Made by a program: the position numbers and the translations under genes. The notes under the pieces are model-generated. The model was not told the origin of the DNA, made no database searches, and worked only from the letters and a program-made list of their open reading frames with translations. Of a stretch of DNA of 64,000 bases, positions 25,924 to 37,672 are shown in pieces; position 1 is the first letter of the stretch; the number at the start of each line of letters is the position of its first letter. The stretch is from positions 14,604,150-14,668,149 of the forward strand of contig NC_134026.1 in assembly GCF_964204645.1 (NCBI RefSeq), written 5' to 3'. The DNA comes from Tubulanus polymorphus (lineage: Eukaryota; Animalia; Nemertea).

Positions 25924-26724
25924 TTAATAAATTATTAATTTTTTAATTATATATATGGTAGATCGTTTTCCAAAAGCTTTCCAATCTAATAAATCAATTA
26001 AATATAATATTCCTGCAATAGATTTTAATAAAGATATTTCATATAGAAATGAAGTTTTAAATTCAATATTTACGTAATTAATTTCAAAAATTTAAATTCG
26101 GCAAAACAATGGTTATTAAAATCTAATATGAAGTATTGGCAGAACCAATTAAATTTTGCAGTTTATTGCGCAACAACAGGGTGTGGTATAAGTTGGAATG
26201 ATCATTTAAATAAACCAAGTTTACCATTGATGTTATCACTTTTTAGATTCCATACATATTTTCAAACAAAATTAATATTAGATGAATTTGAATGTCCTTT
26301 ACCAGGTTCAAAATATTTTAATGAACTAAATAATAATATTGATTTTTCTAAGTTTTGTAAAATATGTAACGAATTTAATATTAATTCAAATAATGATTTT
26401 AGATCAAAAATTGGAACAATGGGGTGATTAGGAATATTATATACTAAAGAATTTGGAAAAATAATGACAAATACAGATATAAGAACACTAAATTGGAATG
26501 AATTACCAAAATATTATAATAATATACAACAACAAAACAATAATGGTTGGATTAATTTTATTTTAGAAAATAGTGAAGGTTTTACTAAAGCTGGAATACA
26601 AAGAATAAATCAATCTATTAGAACTTATTTGATATGTATTTTAGGTGCGCAAGTTGAAACAAGATCACCAATAGTTGGAAATGATAACACTTCATTTGAT
26701 ACACAGAAACAATTCAAAGTATTA

Positions 26725-29128
26725 GACACCGTCAGGAAGACCGTCAGACACCGTCACGAACTCACGGGTTATACTAAACACCGTCAGGAAATAAAAAACA
26801 ATGATTGTGAATTCTAAAAATGAATATTTTATATTAAAATCAACACTAAATGAGCCCTACTGTGCAAATTGAATTTGGAAATATTTTTTTTTATATAACA
26901 CGAGTTTTCCTTGGTAAACTCAACAATACGCTGTGCAAATTGAGCAAATTTTGTGAAATAAATCTTTTCGTAATATATCGTAGTTTTTAGTTTCTTAGTT
27001 TGAGTTAAACTTTTTTCCGATTTTGTTTCTAAATCTAACAATCACTTTATTTTGCCAAATTGTTATTACCGGTACTTCGAAATGACAACAAAGTGATTAA
27101 TAAATTGCAAACTGGGTCTGTTCCATGTTCCCTAACCCCTAATAGACACGCCTGATGCACAACGCACTAATGAACTATGCTTTTATTTCGAGCTATAAGA
27201 CCCCCTACTTAATTATTGGAGTTTTTAGATACACTACATATCATATTGCCACGGGTCACTAATCCTATTCACAATTAGCACATAAAAACCAACAAATGAT
27301 TCTTCAGCACGTCATATTTTATTATCTCTCTATCACGACGGGTGATTCCAATTTTATTGTGGTGAGATTCTTGATAGAACGAAGTTGTGAGGAATAAAAG
27401 GATAACCATGAGTGACAAAAAAAAACCAAAGGCACCCGCCGTATTTACGCCAAGTAATGTTGCCAAGAAGCGAAAGAAAATTTCGAAAAAATATCCATGT
27501 AAAGGTAGGAACAATTGTTTTTCATTTGTGCTATCAAAATCGCAGTAAATTACGACTGAAATATCTATATTGGAACAAATCTTTGAATGCTAGCAAGTCA
27601 AAACTGAATTTAGTCATGTATACAATTTTTTTACCATTTAAGTATAAATATAAGTGTTCTAGTTATCAAAGATTTTTTAGTCATCTGCGAACCAAAATAG
27701 ATGGTAGCTTCGATACAGAAATAGGGACGAAAGAACATGTATTCGGGTCAGATGAAGAAAAAGCTATTCTCAAGGCAATCAAGCAATCGACACCTAGAAC
27801 AAAATGTAAAACGACATTTACGCCACAAAGTCGGTGCAAATGATAAAATTTCAAAAGAAATTGTATCTTGTATATTCGGAAACTCCGGGTTATTACAAAA
27901 AAGTGACGAATACGAATACGATCACTGCGTCCTCGAGTTGGAATCGAAATTTGAAACAATTGTGCCACTGTTCATGCCTTATTTCAAGAAGTTCGTCATA
28001 CGTCTCAAACAATATGTTTTCGTTCCTACGCAGATAGAGAAACGTGTTCATTTAAACTGGACTAATAATAATTGCGAAAGTATGAACAATCTCATAAAAC
28101 TATCGACGAATTGGAAAATTTTGAAAATTCCTGATCTCATTGAGCGCCTGAATAGTATAGTAGATCTGCAGTATGCAGATATTCGCCGAGCCTTACACGG
28201 TCAAGGAAACTACCAAGTTTCGCCTCGTTTGAGCAAACACGTCGTTTCGCACGTAGTATGGTGTAAAAAATCGAAGGAAGAAAAGGATGCGATCATGAAT
28301 ACATTTTCAGTGCAAAATCAAAAACAAAATCGATCGAAAAAGTTATCAAGTCCAGTGACGGAAAATTGAATATCCCGAAAACCGCAAAAGTAGCGAAGAA
28401 ACCAGGGCAATTAAAGCGTCCAAGGACGACGAGATCAATTACAATAAAAAAAACATAACTTGACACATACATTCTTATTGTCATGTCAATTTTCATGGAT
28501 ATTTGTATCAACTAGTACATTTAAATTTAATTTTCTAGTTAATTTTTCATTTGTTTATTTTGTATGAAATCTCATATTTGTATCAATTTATTCATCAATT
28601 TATCAATTATTCTAAAATAAGATCGATTACTTTGCCTTGATTTCAATGTACATTACAGTTGGAAAAAATTGAATAAATTGCGTTTCCTATTCATGTAAAT
28701 ATCAATTTTGCCAGTCATTTACCTTGTATAAATTTTTCAAAGTTTCTTTTTTTCATTAGATTATTTTGCCTTTTAAAAGTTGAATAAATGGGCCGGAATA
28801 AATTGTTTACCAGGGATTGCGTTTCCTATTCATGTAAATATCAATTTTGTCAGTCATTTACCCTGTGTAGTGTATTTGTTTATTGTTATTTTCAATTTTG
28901 CCTTTATTTTAATTTCGGCGTACTCTTAATGTATAAGCTTGAGTTGATTTCTCAAATTGTGAATAAACAACATGTTAGTATTTTCAAGAGTCGTTTCAAA
29001 TTTGCTTTCCTTTTCTGCCTTCAAGATTCGCTCTTCATGACGGTGTCTGACGGCTCCTGGCGGTGTCTGACAGTTTCTGGCGGTTCCTGACGGTGTCTGA
29101 CGGCTCCTGACGGTGTTTAGTATGACCG
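26725..29128 (+). mobile_element. Mutator (MULE) transposon remnant
   Basis: Transposase fragments FGSDEEKAILKAIKQ, HLEQNVKRHL, NWTNNNCESMNNLIK (27.7-28.45 kb); inverted ends GGTTATACTAAACACCGTCAGG (26767) and CCTGACGGTGTTTAGTATGACCG (29128) with ACCGTCAG subrepeats; no TSD because of an adjacent deletion. Confidence 0.8.
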
Positions 29129-29426
29129 AAATTATTTAGATAAATCACATATTAGATTAAATTATTGTATAGGCCCTAATATATTAATAATTTCTAATGA
29201 TTTAGTATTAAAGATGGGAAATATAATTGGTTATAATAATCTAATTAAGACTGCAACAATAAATAATTCATTTGGATTGAATGATATAAATAAAAAGATT
29301 ATCACTGCTCCAAAATTAATGGAAGGTGAAAAAAATAAAAAACATATTCAATCAACAGAAACTAAAACTAAGAATATTAAATCAAATAATGATTCTAAAA
29401 TAAAAGATTACAATTCTACAGAAAAT

Positions 29427-29451
29427 GGTGCCGTACGGCACCCACACGGTG
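29427..29451 (+). mobile_element. Double-hairpin micro-element, copy 1 (in-frame in a gene)
   Basis: GGTGCCGTACGGCACCCACACGGTG flanked by AT/AT; absent at the orthologous site in copy C (~43657). Confidence 0.75.
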
Positions 29452-29597
29452 ATATAAAAACTGATATTATTCAACATGAAATAATTAAACTAAATGATGA
29501 TAATAAATCCCATGAAAATGCTAAATTAGCTATAACTTGTATAGGAATTGTAATCAGAGAAATATTATATTTTAAATTTTAATTTTTTATTATATAA

Positions 29598-31256
29598 ATG
29601 GAAGAAGATATTCCAATGGATACTTTTGGTGACGCCCCCGGTATAAGTGATGAACCACAACCTGATTTTAATGAAACTAATATTGATAATGATGATGGAT
29701 CAGAATATAATTCTAATTTAAATAATGATGAAGATGATGATTATGATTATGATGGAATTAATGCCGAAGTACGTGAAAAATTAAATAAATATTTAGAAGC
29801 TTCTGAAAGTGGTAGAATTACAACTAGAACAGAAAGAAAAGAATTAATGAATCTATTAGAAAAACAACAAGAAAAATATCCTGATAAACCCATGGAATTA
29901 TATAGAATGAAATCTAGAGTAACAGATACAATTGTTAACGAATTATTACCAAAAGAAGTAATATATGAAATTGATTCAGAAGGTGTTGTAATGCAAATTT
30001 TAGAAGATGACCCATTTTTCATGAATAATTTAGAATTCAAAAATGATTCATGGTATTATAATCTTGAATTAAATAGGAATACTGTAACAATTCAATTATC
30101 TAAAATGGGACAAGAAAATATGTATGAACCTGGAATGCGAGCATTATCTACAATTAAGGTTCAAAAGGCGGTAGAGAATTTCTCAGAATTATATGGAATG
30201 CACTCGATAGAATAAATGAACCAATTCCTAATATTGATATTAACAAATATTCACCGTTTAAAAATCCAAATCCAAATCCTACCGATGTTGATCCAGAAAT
30301 GGAAGAGTATGGAGATCGATTAGATAGATTAAGATCTTCAACACCCGAAACATCGAGAAGAGATATTCAACAAATTGATAATGATTCAAGTCAATTACAA
30401 TTAGTAAAACATTTTGATAGCATGTTAGATACAGTTCATTCATTTGAAGAAGAGATGAATAGTGTTTTAATAAATCGAATACAATCTTTACTAGAAAAAG
30501 GATTATTTGATTTAACTGATGATGAATTAGAAGCATTTCCTGAACAAGCACGTAGAGAAATTAAAGCTATGCAAGAATCAGCTGATAAAATTGCGCATGA
30601 TAAAAGTATAAGAGATATTAAAATTATAACTTTAGAAAAAGATAGAACTGATAAAATTAAAGAAATAGAACAACTAAAATTAGATAGAGATAATAAAGTT
30701 ATTGAAGAAATTGAATTTAAAAAAAGAAATGCATATTTAGAAAAAGAAATAGATGATTTAGAATATAACATAGAATTTCAGAAAGAAGAAATTAAATTAT
30801 TATTAAAATCATATGATTATAATATTAATAGATTAAAAGTTATTTTTAAAGATTTGTTGATAAAACCAAATTCTGAAATATCATTAAAAGATAGAATAAG
30901 ATTATCATTTAAATTAGAAGGTATAACAATTCTTTCAATTCTAACAGCTGTAACTTTGGTATTTACAACAATTGGTTTAGCTATATCAAATTCATTAAAA
31001 TCCACTCCTAAACCGGATAAACCCCCGAATGATAATAATTCTATACAAGATAAAGTTAAGGATGGTTTAAACAAATTAGCAAAATATTTATGAGAACTAT
31101 CTAAAAAATCTGCTGCAGCTTTACCCGATTGTTGGTTTTATATTGAAATCTGCAGGAAAAAAAATTAACTTTGCTGCTGAACATATTATTTTATTTCTAA
31201 TTACAGTTGTAAGTGCAATTATTTTTGGGTTAGTGAATATGATAAAAAATAGATAA
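29598..31256 (+). pseudogene. Large acidic/coiled-coil protein with C-terminal TM segments
   Basis: ORFs 29598-30215 and 30299-31093 plus tail; C-terminal half matches 44330-45050 (EGITILSILTAVT..., DKVKDGL..LAKYL). Confidence 0.75.
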
Positions 31257-31275
31257 TTAATTTTTTGTTAAATAA

Positions 31276-32290
31276 ATGAGTGGGAGTTACATAGATCCTT
31301 CTAAGAATCATAGAATATCTAATGCTATTAAAGCAGAAAGATCTCATCATATAATTACTCATAATCCTTCTAATATTAATCCCGATGAAACTTTATATGT
31401 TTGAAGCCATAGATTAACACAAAATACTTTTTATGTTCCAAATAGTATTTATTTATCAGCTGATATAAAAGTAACTGGTAATGATAATAATTATGTTGTT
31501 GATAATGTTGGAAGATATTTGATTAAAAAATGAACTATAAAGATTGGTCCAGAAACAGTTTTCTCATTAGGTGATTATAATTTATTTATGCATTATAAAG
31601 ATTTATGGTTAACTAAAGAAAATAGAAATAATATGATATTTCAAGGCATCCAATCAGAAAACCAAAATAAATTAAGATCTGAAGCCAATAATGCAGTAGT
31701 AGCCAATGACGTAGATAATTTGATAACAAGGATATATGGAAGCAAATATAAAATTCCATTAGACTTTGAATTGATAAATAATAATTCACCTTTATATAAA
31801 TATGCAATTCAAGAAGATGTTATATTTGAGATAACATTTGCTCCTGTAAATGAAATTTTTATATCAAGTATAATTAAAGATATGGGTTATAAATTATCGA
31901 ATATATGTTTAGAATATGATACAGTAACTGATGAAAATATTGCTAACACAATTCAAACTCAATACAATCAAGGATTTTCATTATTATTTGATTATACTGA
32001 TAAATTTAAAACTGTAACTATTAATGCACATGATGAAATTATTAATGAGAATATTAACTTCCCAAGAAGATCTATTAAAGGTATATTAATATTTTTTACT
32101 ATTGCAGCATATTCTAATGGCGCAATAAAGGTTGATAATTATTATAATCCTGAAATAACAAAAGTAGAAATAACTATCGAAGGAATAGCAAATAAAATAT
32201 TTTGTCAAGGAATGAGAATGATAGATCAGTGGCCAGAAATTAGAAAATATTTTATGAATGAAAAAGTAAAATCATCTGCAAATTGTAATA
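31276..32290 (+). pseudogene. Major capsid protein of Maverick A, 5' part (nonsense mutations, split by Academ)
   Basis: Colinear with the intact 415-aa ORF 45090-46337 up to ...SANCN; continues at 58826. Confidence 0.85.
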
Positions 32291-32987
32291 TAGTAGAGGA
32301 GCAGCCAGGTCCTATCTTGCAAAATAAGAGATTCTCATTGACACATTTGCTCTGCTCGGGATATTGTTATTTCGTGATAGGGGGGTCATGTACGGTTATG
32401 GTGATGGTCGTTTCCATGGTAACAGGCGGTGCGAAAATGGTTTAACGCCCCCTGTTGTCAGCCGAGGGAACTAAAATTGCATCATTTACTAATCTGCGAA
32501 TAAAACAAAGAGTTTTATAGGTATGGAAGTAATTTTTTTTTTCATTTTATTTAGATTTATCAGGGCTTTCATTTCATATATTCATATCGCGAAATTACGT
32601 ACAAGTCTGCGACAAAATCAAAAAGTTTCATCAAATTTGAGAAAATTGACCGTTTTTTTCGAGGCACCACCTCATGGAATTTGTATTAAAGCTCGCTTCC
32701 AAAAATTCTAAATCGTAATTTTAGACATTAATCATTATTGCGGAATTATATGCTTCACATTTATATCATTCCTTGATGATTATCTTAAACACTTTGGACA
32801 CAGTGACGTTTTAAAGTTGGAGAAGCGTGAATGTAGCACATCACCAAAAATACGACCATTGTTGGTTTTTCCAGTGATTCACGCAAACGTCAGTATCTCC
32901 TTGAAATATCAGTTTTAATATACAGTAAACCGGTCCCGGTAATCCACTCAACTCGGTAGAATTGCCATAAGATTCTCATTTGCAATA

Positions 32988-33162
32988 CAGTCAACCCCCG
33001 ATATTCCGCCCACATCGGCGCAGAACGATTTTGGCGGTATAGAGAGTATGGCGGTACATTATGGGTGTTTTACTATGTATTTGTTTTGAGATGTACATTG
33101 AGAAAACCTGGCGGTAGGCGGGGTTGCGGTAAATGGGAGGGCGGTATATTGGGGGTTCACTC
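32988..33162. mobile_element. Tc1/mariner (pogo/Tigger-like) MITE
   Basis: TA|CAGTCAACCCCCGATATTCCGCC ... GGCGGTATATTGGGGGTTCACTC|TA. Confidence 0.7.
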
Positions 33163-33266
33163 TAGATTAATTGCTAATTTGTTCTATTCGGTAACCACCA
33201 AATTTGGTGAAAAATAAAACTAATAGTGAGTCAAGCAATCAAAAACTCCTGGCATGTGCTGCAACA

Positions 33267-33314
33267 TTAACGACGACATTCCGACCCGTAACATAAACAT
33301 CCGACTGTACACGG
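33267..33314 (-). pseudogene. Last codons of the Academ ORF (PCTVGCLCYGSECRR*), separated by Maverick B
   Basis: Joins in frame to ...CKCTVSMCTKNCSCARANI at 52675-52680 and completes a Cys8/CXC finger. Confidence 0.9.
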
Positions 33315-33657
33315 TATATTAGTAATTAGAAGATGGCGTTTTCATACCAGAGGTCGAGAGGTCGAGACACCACTCATCACAGCTAGGCTCTAGTGAGAAC
33401 GGACGATTGCTCTGTGATACACATATACAGTGAGTGCGCGTAACAACAACTGCGCGTGGATAGATAGATACAGTGAGTCGCTACTGAGAACGGTTATGAA
33501 CGCGTGTGATGTTACTGTAGTACAGTGATTGCGTGTCAACTGTGCCAGGATAAATAGATGCAGTGAGGCTTGGGTGAGAACGGTTAATTGTGTGCTTGTT
33601 ATATACAAGGGGAAGTAATCCCCACTCATCACCACAAGTAATTTTTTTTCCTTATAA

Positions 33658-33983
33658 ATGGGAGATAGAAAAGCATTCTTAGCAACAATAAATAACGGAA
33701 TAAAACCAGCAAAAAACAATTTGAAATAAAAAAGTTAGTTGATGTTACAAAAGAAATTGAACATAAAATATTGAAATTAGAAAAGATAAAAACTAAATAT
33801 GGAGAGAAAGTATCAGCTAATTTAAGCTACTGCAATGTTAGTACATCGCGAGAATTTAAAGTATTTTTACCTCATAGATGGGTTTCATTGGGTACAGAGG
33901 AATTAAAAGATTTAGAAGGATTTAAAATAATCTATCATGGAAAAAATGAAGATGGCCATCATGATTTAGAAATTGTTGATTAA
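33658..33983 (+). pseudogene. 108-aa MGDRK protein, copy B (one frameshift)
   Basis: Matches the intact 49179-49505; ATG lies inside the TIR. Confidence 0.8.
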
Positions 33984-34089
33984 ATTAAAAAAACAAAATA
34001 AATTAATAAAAATAATGAATATCTAAAATCCGAAATGACTTATCTGGACAATTTAATTGCTCCGCATAGATAGACAAAAGTAGTGAGAT

Positions 34090-34113
34090 GGTGCCTATGG
34101 CACCCACATGGTG
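34090..34113 (+). mobile_element. Double-hairpin micro-element, copy 2
   Basis: GGTGCCTATGGCACCCACATGGTG flanked by AT/AT; empty site GAGATATTC in copy C (~49045-49053, reverse strand). Confidence 0.75.
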
Positions 34114-34125
34114 ATATTCAATTAA

Positions 34126-34503
34126 TTAAAAGAAATTATTTCTTTGCTTTTTTTCTAAAATATTAATCCATTTTTTTATTATCAATTTCGGAATTTCAGA
34201 AGTATTTTCATTTTTGATAGCAGTTGTTTCAGAATTATTAATATCATGAATTTTATTTGATTTCTTATACCAATTACACCAGATCAAAATGAATACAATT
34301 ACAAATCCAACTGTAAAATATGGACATTTATCAAATATTCTATTATTAGAAGGAGTAGAAATAACAATATTTTCACCATTTTTATTACTTATTTTTTCTT
34401 TTACAGCTTTTTTATATTCTTGTGATTTAATTACTAATTGCCGAGACCATTCAATTTGTTTCGGACTTCTCGGTTTTTTCTTCACTTCTTCCACCTTGTT
34501 CAT
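34126..34503 (-). CDS. Maverick single-TM basic protein (125 aa)
   Basis: TAAATG start; KKKPRSPKQIEWSRQL then TM YFTVGFVIVFILIW; disrupted homolog at 48643-49040. Confidence 0.7.
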   Translation of the reverse strand: MNKVEEVKKKPRSPKQIEWSRQLVIKSQEYKKAVKEKISNKNGENIVISTPSNNRIFDKCPYFTVGFVIVFILIWCNWYKKSNKIHDINNSETTAIKNENTSEIPKLIIKKWINILEKKQRNNFF

Positions 34504-35041
34504 TTATTATAGAAATATTTTTACTTTCAATATTTGAAAATGTTATAACTCCAGTTGATAATAATGTCATAAATCCACCTAATTGAAATGATAAATATCC
34601 AATCCATTTATTTAATTCGGTCATAACTAAATAATCATTTTTTAAATCGGAATATAATCTATTTTCATCTTGAATTGGCAGCATATAATTACATAATTTA
34701 CTATAACCTTTTACTACATTTTCTGATATCACGTGATTAATTCTAGCTGTTCTCGCGGTTTCATAAATCTTAAAATATCTAATAATTTCATCTGATTTCA
34801 TTGTATCTAATTCATTATAAGTTAAATTTTTACCGATAAAATTTTTACATTTTCCAGATGCTATTAATATTTCTAATTGATGTTTACAATAAAGATAATA
34901 TTCATAATTATTATTTGTTGTAACATTATTTAAAGCACCATCATCTGGAGTTAATTTTGTTTCTGTTATTCCTAAATCATCTAAAGTTTTTTCAATTGGA
35001 ACATCACCATTTTTAGATTTTATTTTCTTTTCACCTCCCAT
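34451..35041 (-). CDS. Maverick hypothetical protein with C-terminal hydrophobic helix (196 aa)
   Basis: T6-GTTATA-TAAATG start; homolog at 48104-48710. Confidence 0.75.
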   Translation of the reverse strand: MGGEKKIKSKNGDVPIEKTLDDLGITETKLTPDDGALNNVTTNNNYEYYLYCKHQLEILIASGKCKNFIGKNLTYNELDTMKSDEIIRYFKIYETARTARINHVISENVVKGYSKLCNYMLPIQDENRLYSDLKNDYLVMTELNKWIGYLSFQLGGFMTLLSTGVITFSNIESKNISIINEQGGRSEEKTEKSETN

Positions 35042-35054
35042 TTATATAACAAAA

Positions 35055-35335
35055 AATTAGTTGTGATGTTGCAACTAGAATGTAACTAGAATTCAACTAG
35101 ATTAACAAGTTAGTTGAAATATTGTTGTTTTTATTTATTTCTTGTTAAATCTAGTTGATTTTTGTTCCAACTACCAATAACTAGAATTCAACTAGAATGT
35201 AACTAAAAATATACTAGATTAACAAGCTAGTTAAAATATTGTTGAATTTTATTTGATTTTTTTTTCAAATACCAATAACTAGAATTCAACTAGATTGTAA
35301 CTAAATATGTAATAGATTAACAAACCTGTTGAATT
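35055..35335. repeat. Intergenic array of AACTAG-core repeats (copy B)
   Basis: Repeated AACTAGAATT/AACTAGAATGT/AACTAGATTAACAAG units in both orientations; rearranged counterpart at 47812-48085. Confidence 0.8.
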
Positions 35336-35364
35336 TAAATAAATTCATATTTAAATGGGTGTTG

Positions 35365-35922
35365 TTATCTAAATAGTATTTTTGATCTTTTAATATTTTT
35401 CAATTTATCCAGTGGAATAATATCATTTTCCTCAAGTGCATTTTTCATCGATTTTCTATCTTTATTGTAGAATAAAACTAGAAATCTAATGTTTTCTCTA
35501 AAGTCTGTAACATTTGAATTATATTTTTGATTTAAAACCCAAGTTGTTATCCCAAAATGTCTACCAGAAAAAGCTAAATAACATAACTCACTTTCTCTAA
35601 CTTTTGAATCATGTAGATTAGCACAATCATCTATAATGAATAATGTATTTGATCCTTTATAAATATCTATTGCTATTTTAATACAATAATCTAAATTTTC
35701 TTTTACTGTTTTAGGATCTAATATAATAAATTTATTATTTTTAGTAATATTTCTATCATAAGTTTGATTAAATTCATATGTTGGACAAAATAATACTATA
35801 TTATCAAAATAGTTTTTATAAACAGTTTCTAATAAATTTAATATAAAATAAGTTTTTCCACAATTTGTTACGCCAGAAATTAACATATTATGAGGCTCAA
35901 ATATAAATAATTCCTTATTCAT
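35365..35922 (-). CDS. FtsK/A32-like genome packaging ATPase (short deletion near C-terminus)
   Basis: Walker A ISGVTNCGKT, Walker B LFIIDD, SGRHFGIT..LNQ arginine-finger/sensor motif. Confidence 0.9.
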   Translation of the reverse strand: MNKELFIFEPHNMLISGVTNCGKTYFILNLLETVYKNYFDNIVLFCPTYEFNQTYDRNITKNNKFIILDPKTVKENLDYCIKIAIDIYKGSNTLFIIDDCANLHDSKVRESELCYLAFSGRHFGITTWVLNQKYNSNVTDFRENIRFLVLFYNKDRKSMKNALEENDIIPLDKLKNIKRSKILFR

Positions 35923-37050
35923 TTACATATTTTTAATTTTACTTGATAATATCCATTCCTTGAATTTATCTGGCCATCCAACCCATTTTACTAAAGAATA
36001 TTTTTTTCTTTTAATAGTTTTTGTTTTTAATACTTTTTCAATTTTATATTCTTGTTCTAGATTTTCAGTAGTTAAACTTAATTCTTCTTCGTAAAAGTAG
36101 CCATCAACTTCTTCACCATCTAAATCTTCTAATTTATAGACATATGGTTTTGTTGTTATTACCTTTTTTATTTTATATATTTCCCTAGTAAAATTTCGAT
36201 CGTATCCTTTGTCAAATATCTTTTTATACTTAGAAATTCTAACATTTTGACCAATTTTAAATTTAGGTTCACCAAAATCATCTACAAGAAATGCTCCATA
36301 TAAATTATTCCAAACAATTTCAGCATTTTCAGGTTTTCTAGCATCAATAGGTTTCATTCCAATAGAAGAATGATAAGAATTATTATATCCTTCTATCAAT
36401 TTTGGTAAAACATCAATCCATTTAAAAGTATTATTTGCTGTAAAATATTTCCACATTCTTGTTCTTAATGTTCTATTAAATCGTTCAACAACTGCTGCTT
36501 TTTTATCCGATTTTGTTGAAAAATATTTAATATTATGATTATCTAAGAGTTCATGAACAAGTGAATTATCAAACTCTTTTCCGTCATCAAATTGTATTTT
36601 TTCTGGTTTTAGTTTATCATCCGAAAGAAATTTTCTTAAAACATTTGATGTTTGTACAGCATCTTTTCTATAAAGTGGGAAGCTCCATACATAACGACTA
36701 AAAATATCAATTATATTCAATAACCACCAATAATCATTATTATCTTTCTTACCATTTTTCATATCAATTAAATCTCCTTGCCACTGTTGATCTACATAAC
36801 TTACCATAGTTTTACGCGTTTTATATTTTCCAACAATTTTTTTATGTGTTGTGTATGTTGGTTGTTCTAACATAAATTCATTTATATCTTTATATTTAAC
36901 TAAATTTTGTGGGATTATCTTATCTAATTTATCTTGTTTTACTTGACGCCATATATTTTTGGTAGAAGAATAAGCAACCGAACTCTCAGGGTTGTAATAT
37001 AAATTTCTTAAATATTGTTCTTTAGTATTAGGAGTTTTTTTACCGCCCAT
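35923..37050 (-). CDS. Retroviral-like (rve) integrase with C-terminal chromodomain, intact (375 aa)
   Basis: WQGDLIDM, IDIFSRY, IQFDDGKEF, KAAVVERFNRTLR; chromodomain YKIEKVL...LVKWVGWPDKFKEWI. Confidence 0.95.
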   Translation of the reverse strand: MGGKKTPNTKEQYLRNLYYNPESSVAYSSTKNIWRQVKQDKLDKIIPQNLVKYKDINEFMLEQPTYTTHKKIVGKYKTRKTMVSYVDQQWQGDLIDMKNGKKDNNDYWWLLNIIDIFSRYVWSFPLYRKDAVQTSNVLRKFLSDDKLKPEKIQFDDGKEFDNSLVHELLDNHNIKYFSTKSDKKAAVVERFNRTLRTRMWKYFTANNTFKWIDVLPKLIEGYNNSYHSSIGMKPIDARKPENAEIVWNNLYGAFLVDDFGEPKFKIGQNVRISKYKKIFDKGYDRNFTREIYKIKKVITTKPYVYKLEDLDGEEVDGYFYEEELSLTTENLEQEYKIEKVLKTKTIKRKKYSLVKWVGWPDKFKEWILSSKIKNM

Positions 37051-37080
37051 TTATATATCGTTAATTTTAACTTTATATTT

Positions 37081-37258
37081 CTAATATTGAATACTATCTA
37101 ATTGTGAATTTACAATATTTAATTGTGCGTCAGATATAATATAAATGTGCATTTTGAAATTTTTGTCTCCTCTTTTCTTTGTCATGAATAATTGTATTCC
37201 ATCTTTTGTGTTCTGTAGTTTTTTCCCAGAACCATGTAATGAATTATCCTCTGTTGTT
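37081..37258 (-). pseudogene. 3' end of Maverick B major capsid gene, truncated by Penelope
   Basis: Reverse complement of 46160-46337 (TTEDNSLHGSGKKLQN...LDSIQY*). Confidence 0.9.
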
Positions 37259-37318
37259 GAGGAGAGAATCCCACAATGATAATAAAAAGTCCGAAAATGA
37301 AACTTTGAGATAGTAGTT

Positions 37319-37362
37319 TATTCAACGTTTCGACTATATCCTAATAGTCATCTTCAGGAATA
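37319..37362 (-). ncRNA. Minimal type I hammerhead ribozyme (3' pLTR)
   Basis: UAUUC-CUGAAGA-U-GACUAU[UAGGAU]AUAGUC-GAAAC-GUU-GAAUA; palindromic AACGUU stem III. Confidence 0.8.
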
Positions 37363-37672
37363 ATGAGATACTACAGAAATTATGAGATATATATACAATC
37401 CAGAGACAAAGAGACTAATTCAAGTAATCAGAGATGATACAAACTAAAGGAAAATTAACGTAGAAACAGTTACACGCTAAAATAGATTAAAGGGAAGCAA
37501 ACTAAGGGGTGATTATAAACAACAATAGTGAGTATAAATATAAATGAAACTTAAAGTCAGTAGTAAAAAGAAAGACAAACTAAGGGGCACTTAAATTAAA
37601 ACAAAGGTGAATACAAGTTAAGTCAGAGACGAAATTGATGAGAGAACAAATAACAAATAATCAAAGGGGAAA

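Larger units (their letters stand above)
25955..29582 (+). pseudogene. Homolog of the 465-aa WQNQLNFAVYCATTGC protein, split by the MULE
   Basis: Pieces 25955-26724 and 29129-29582 align with 42389-43786; about 60 bp of target is lost at the insertion. Confidence 0.85.

Noticed and set aside
33390-33719. ORF within the Maverick TIR (also 49528-49776 and 52360-52605)
   Set aside because: Open in all three TIR copies, but they are near-identical so this is weak evidence; runs outward, lacks the TAAATG start and has atypical composition.
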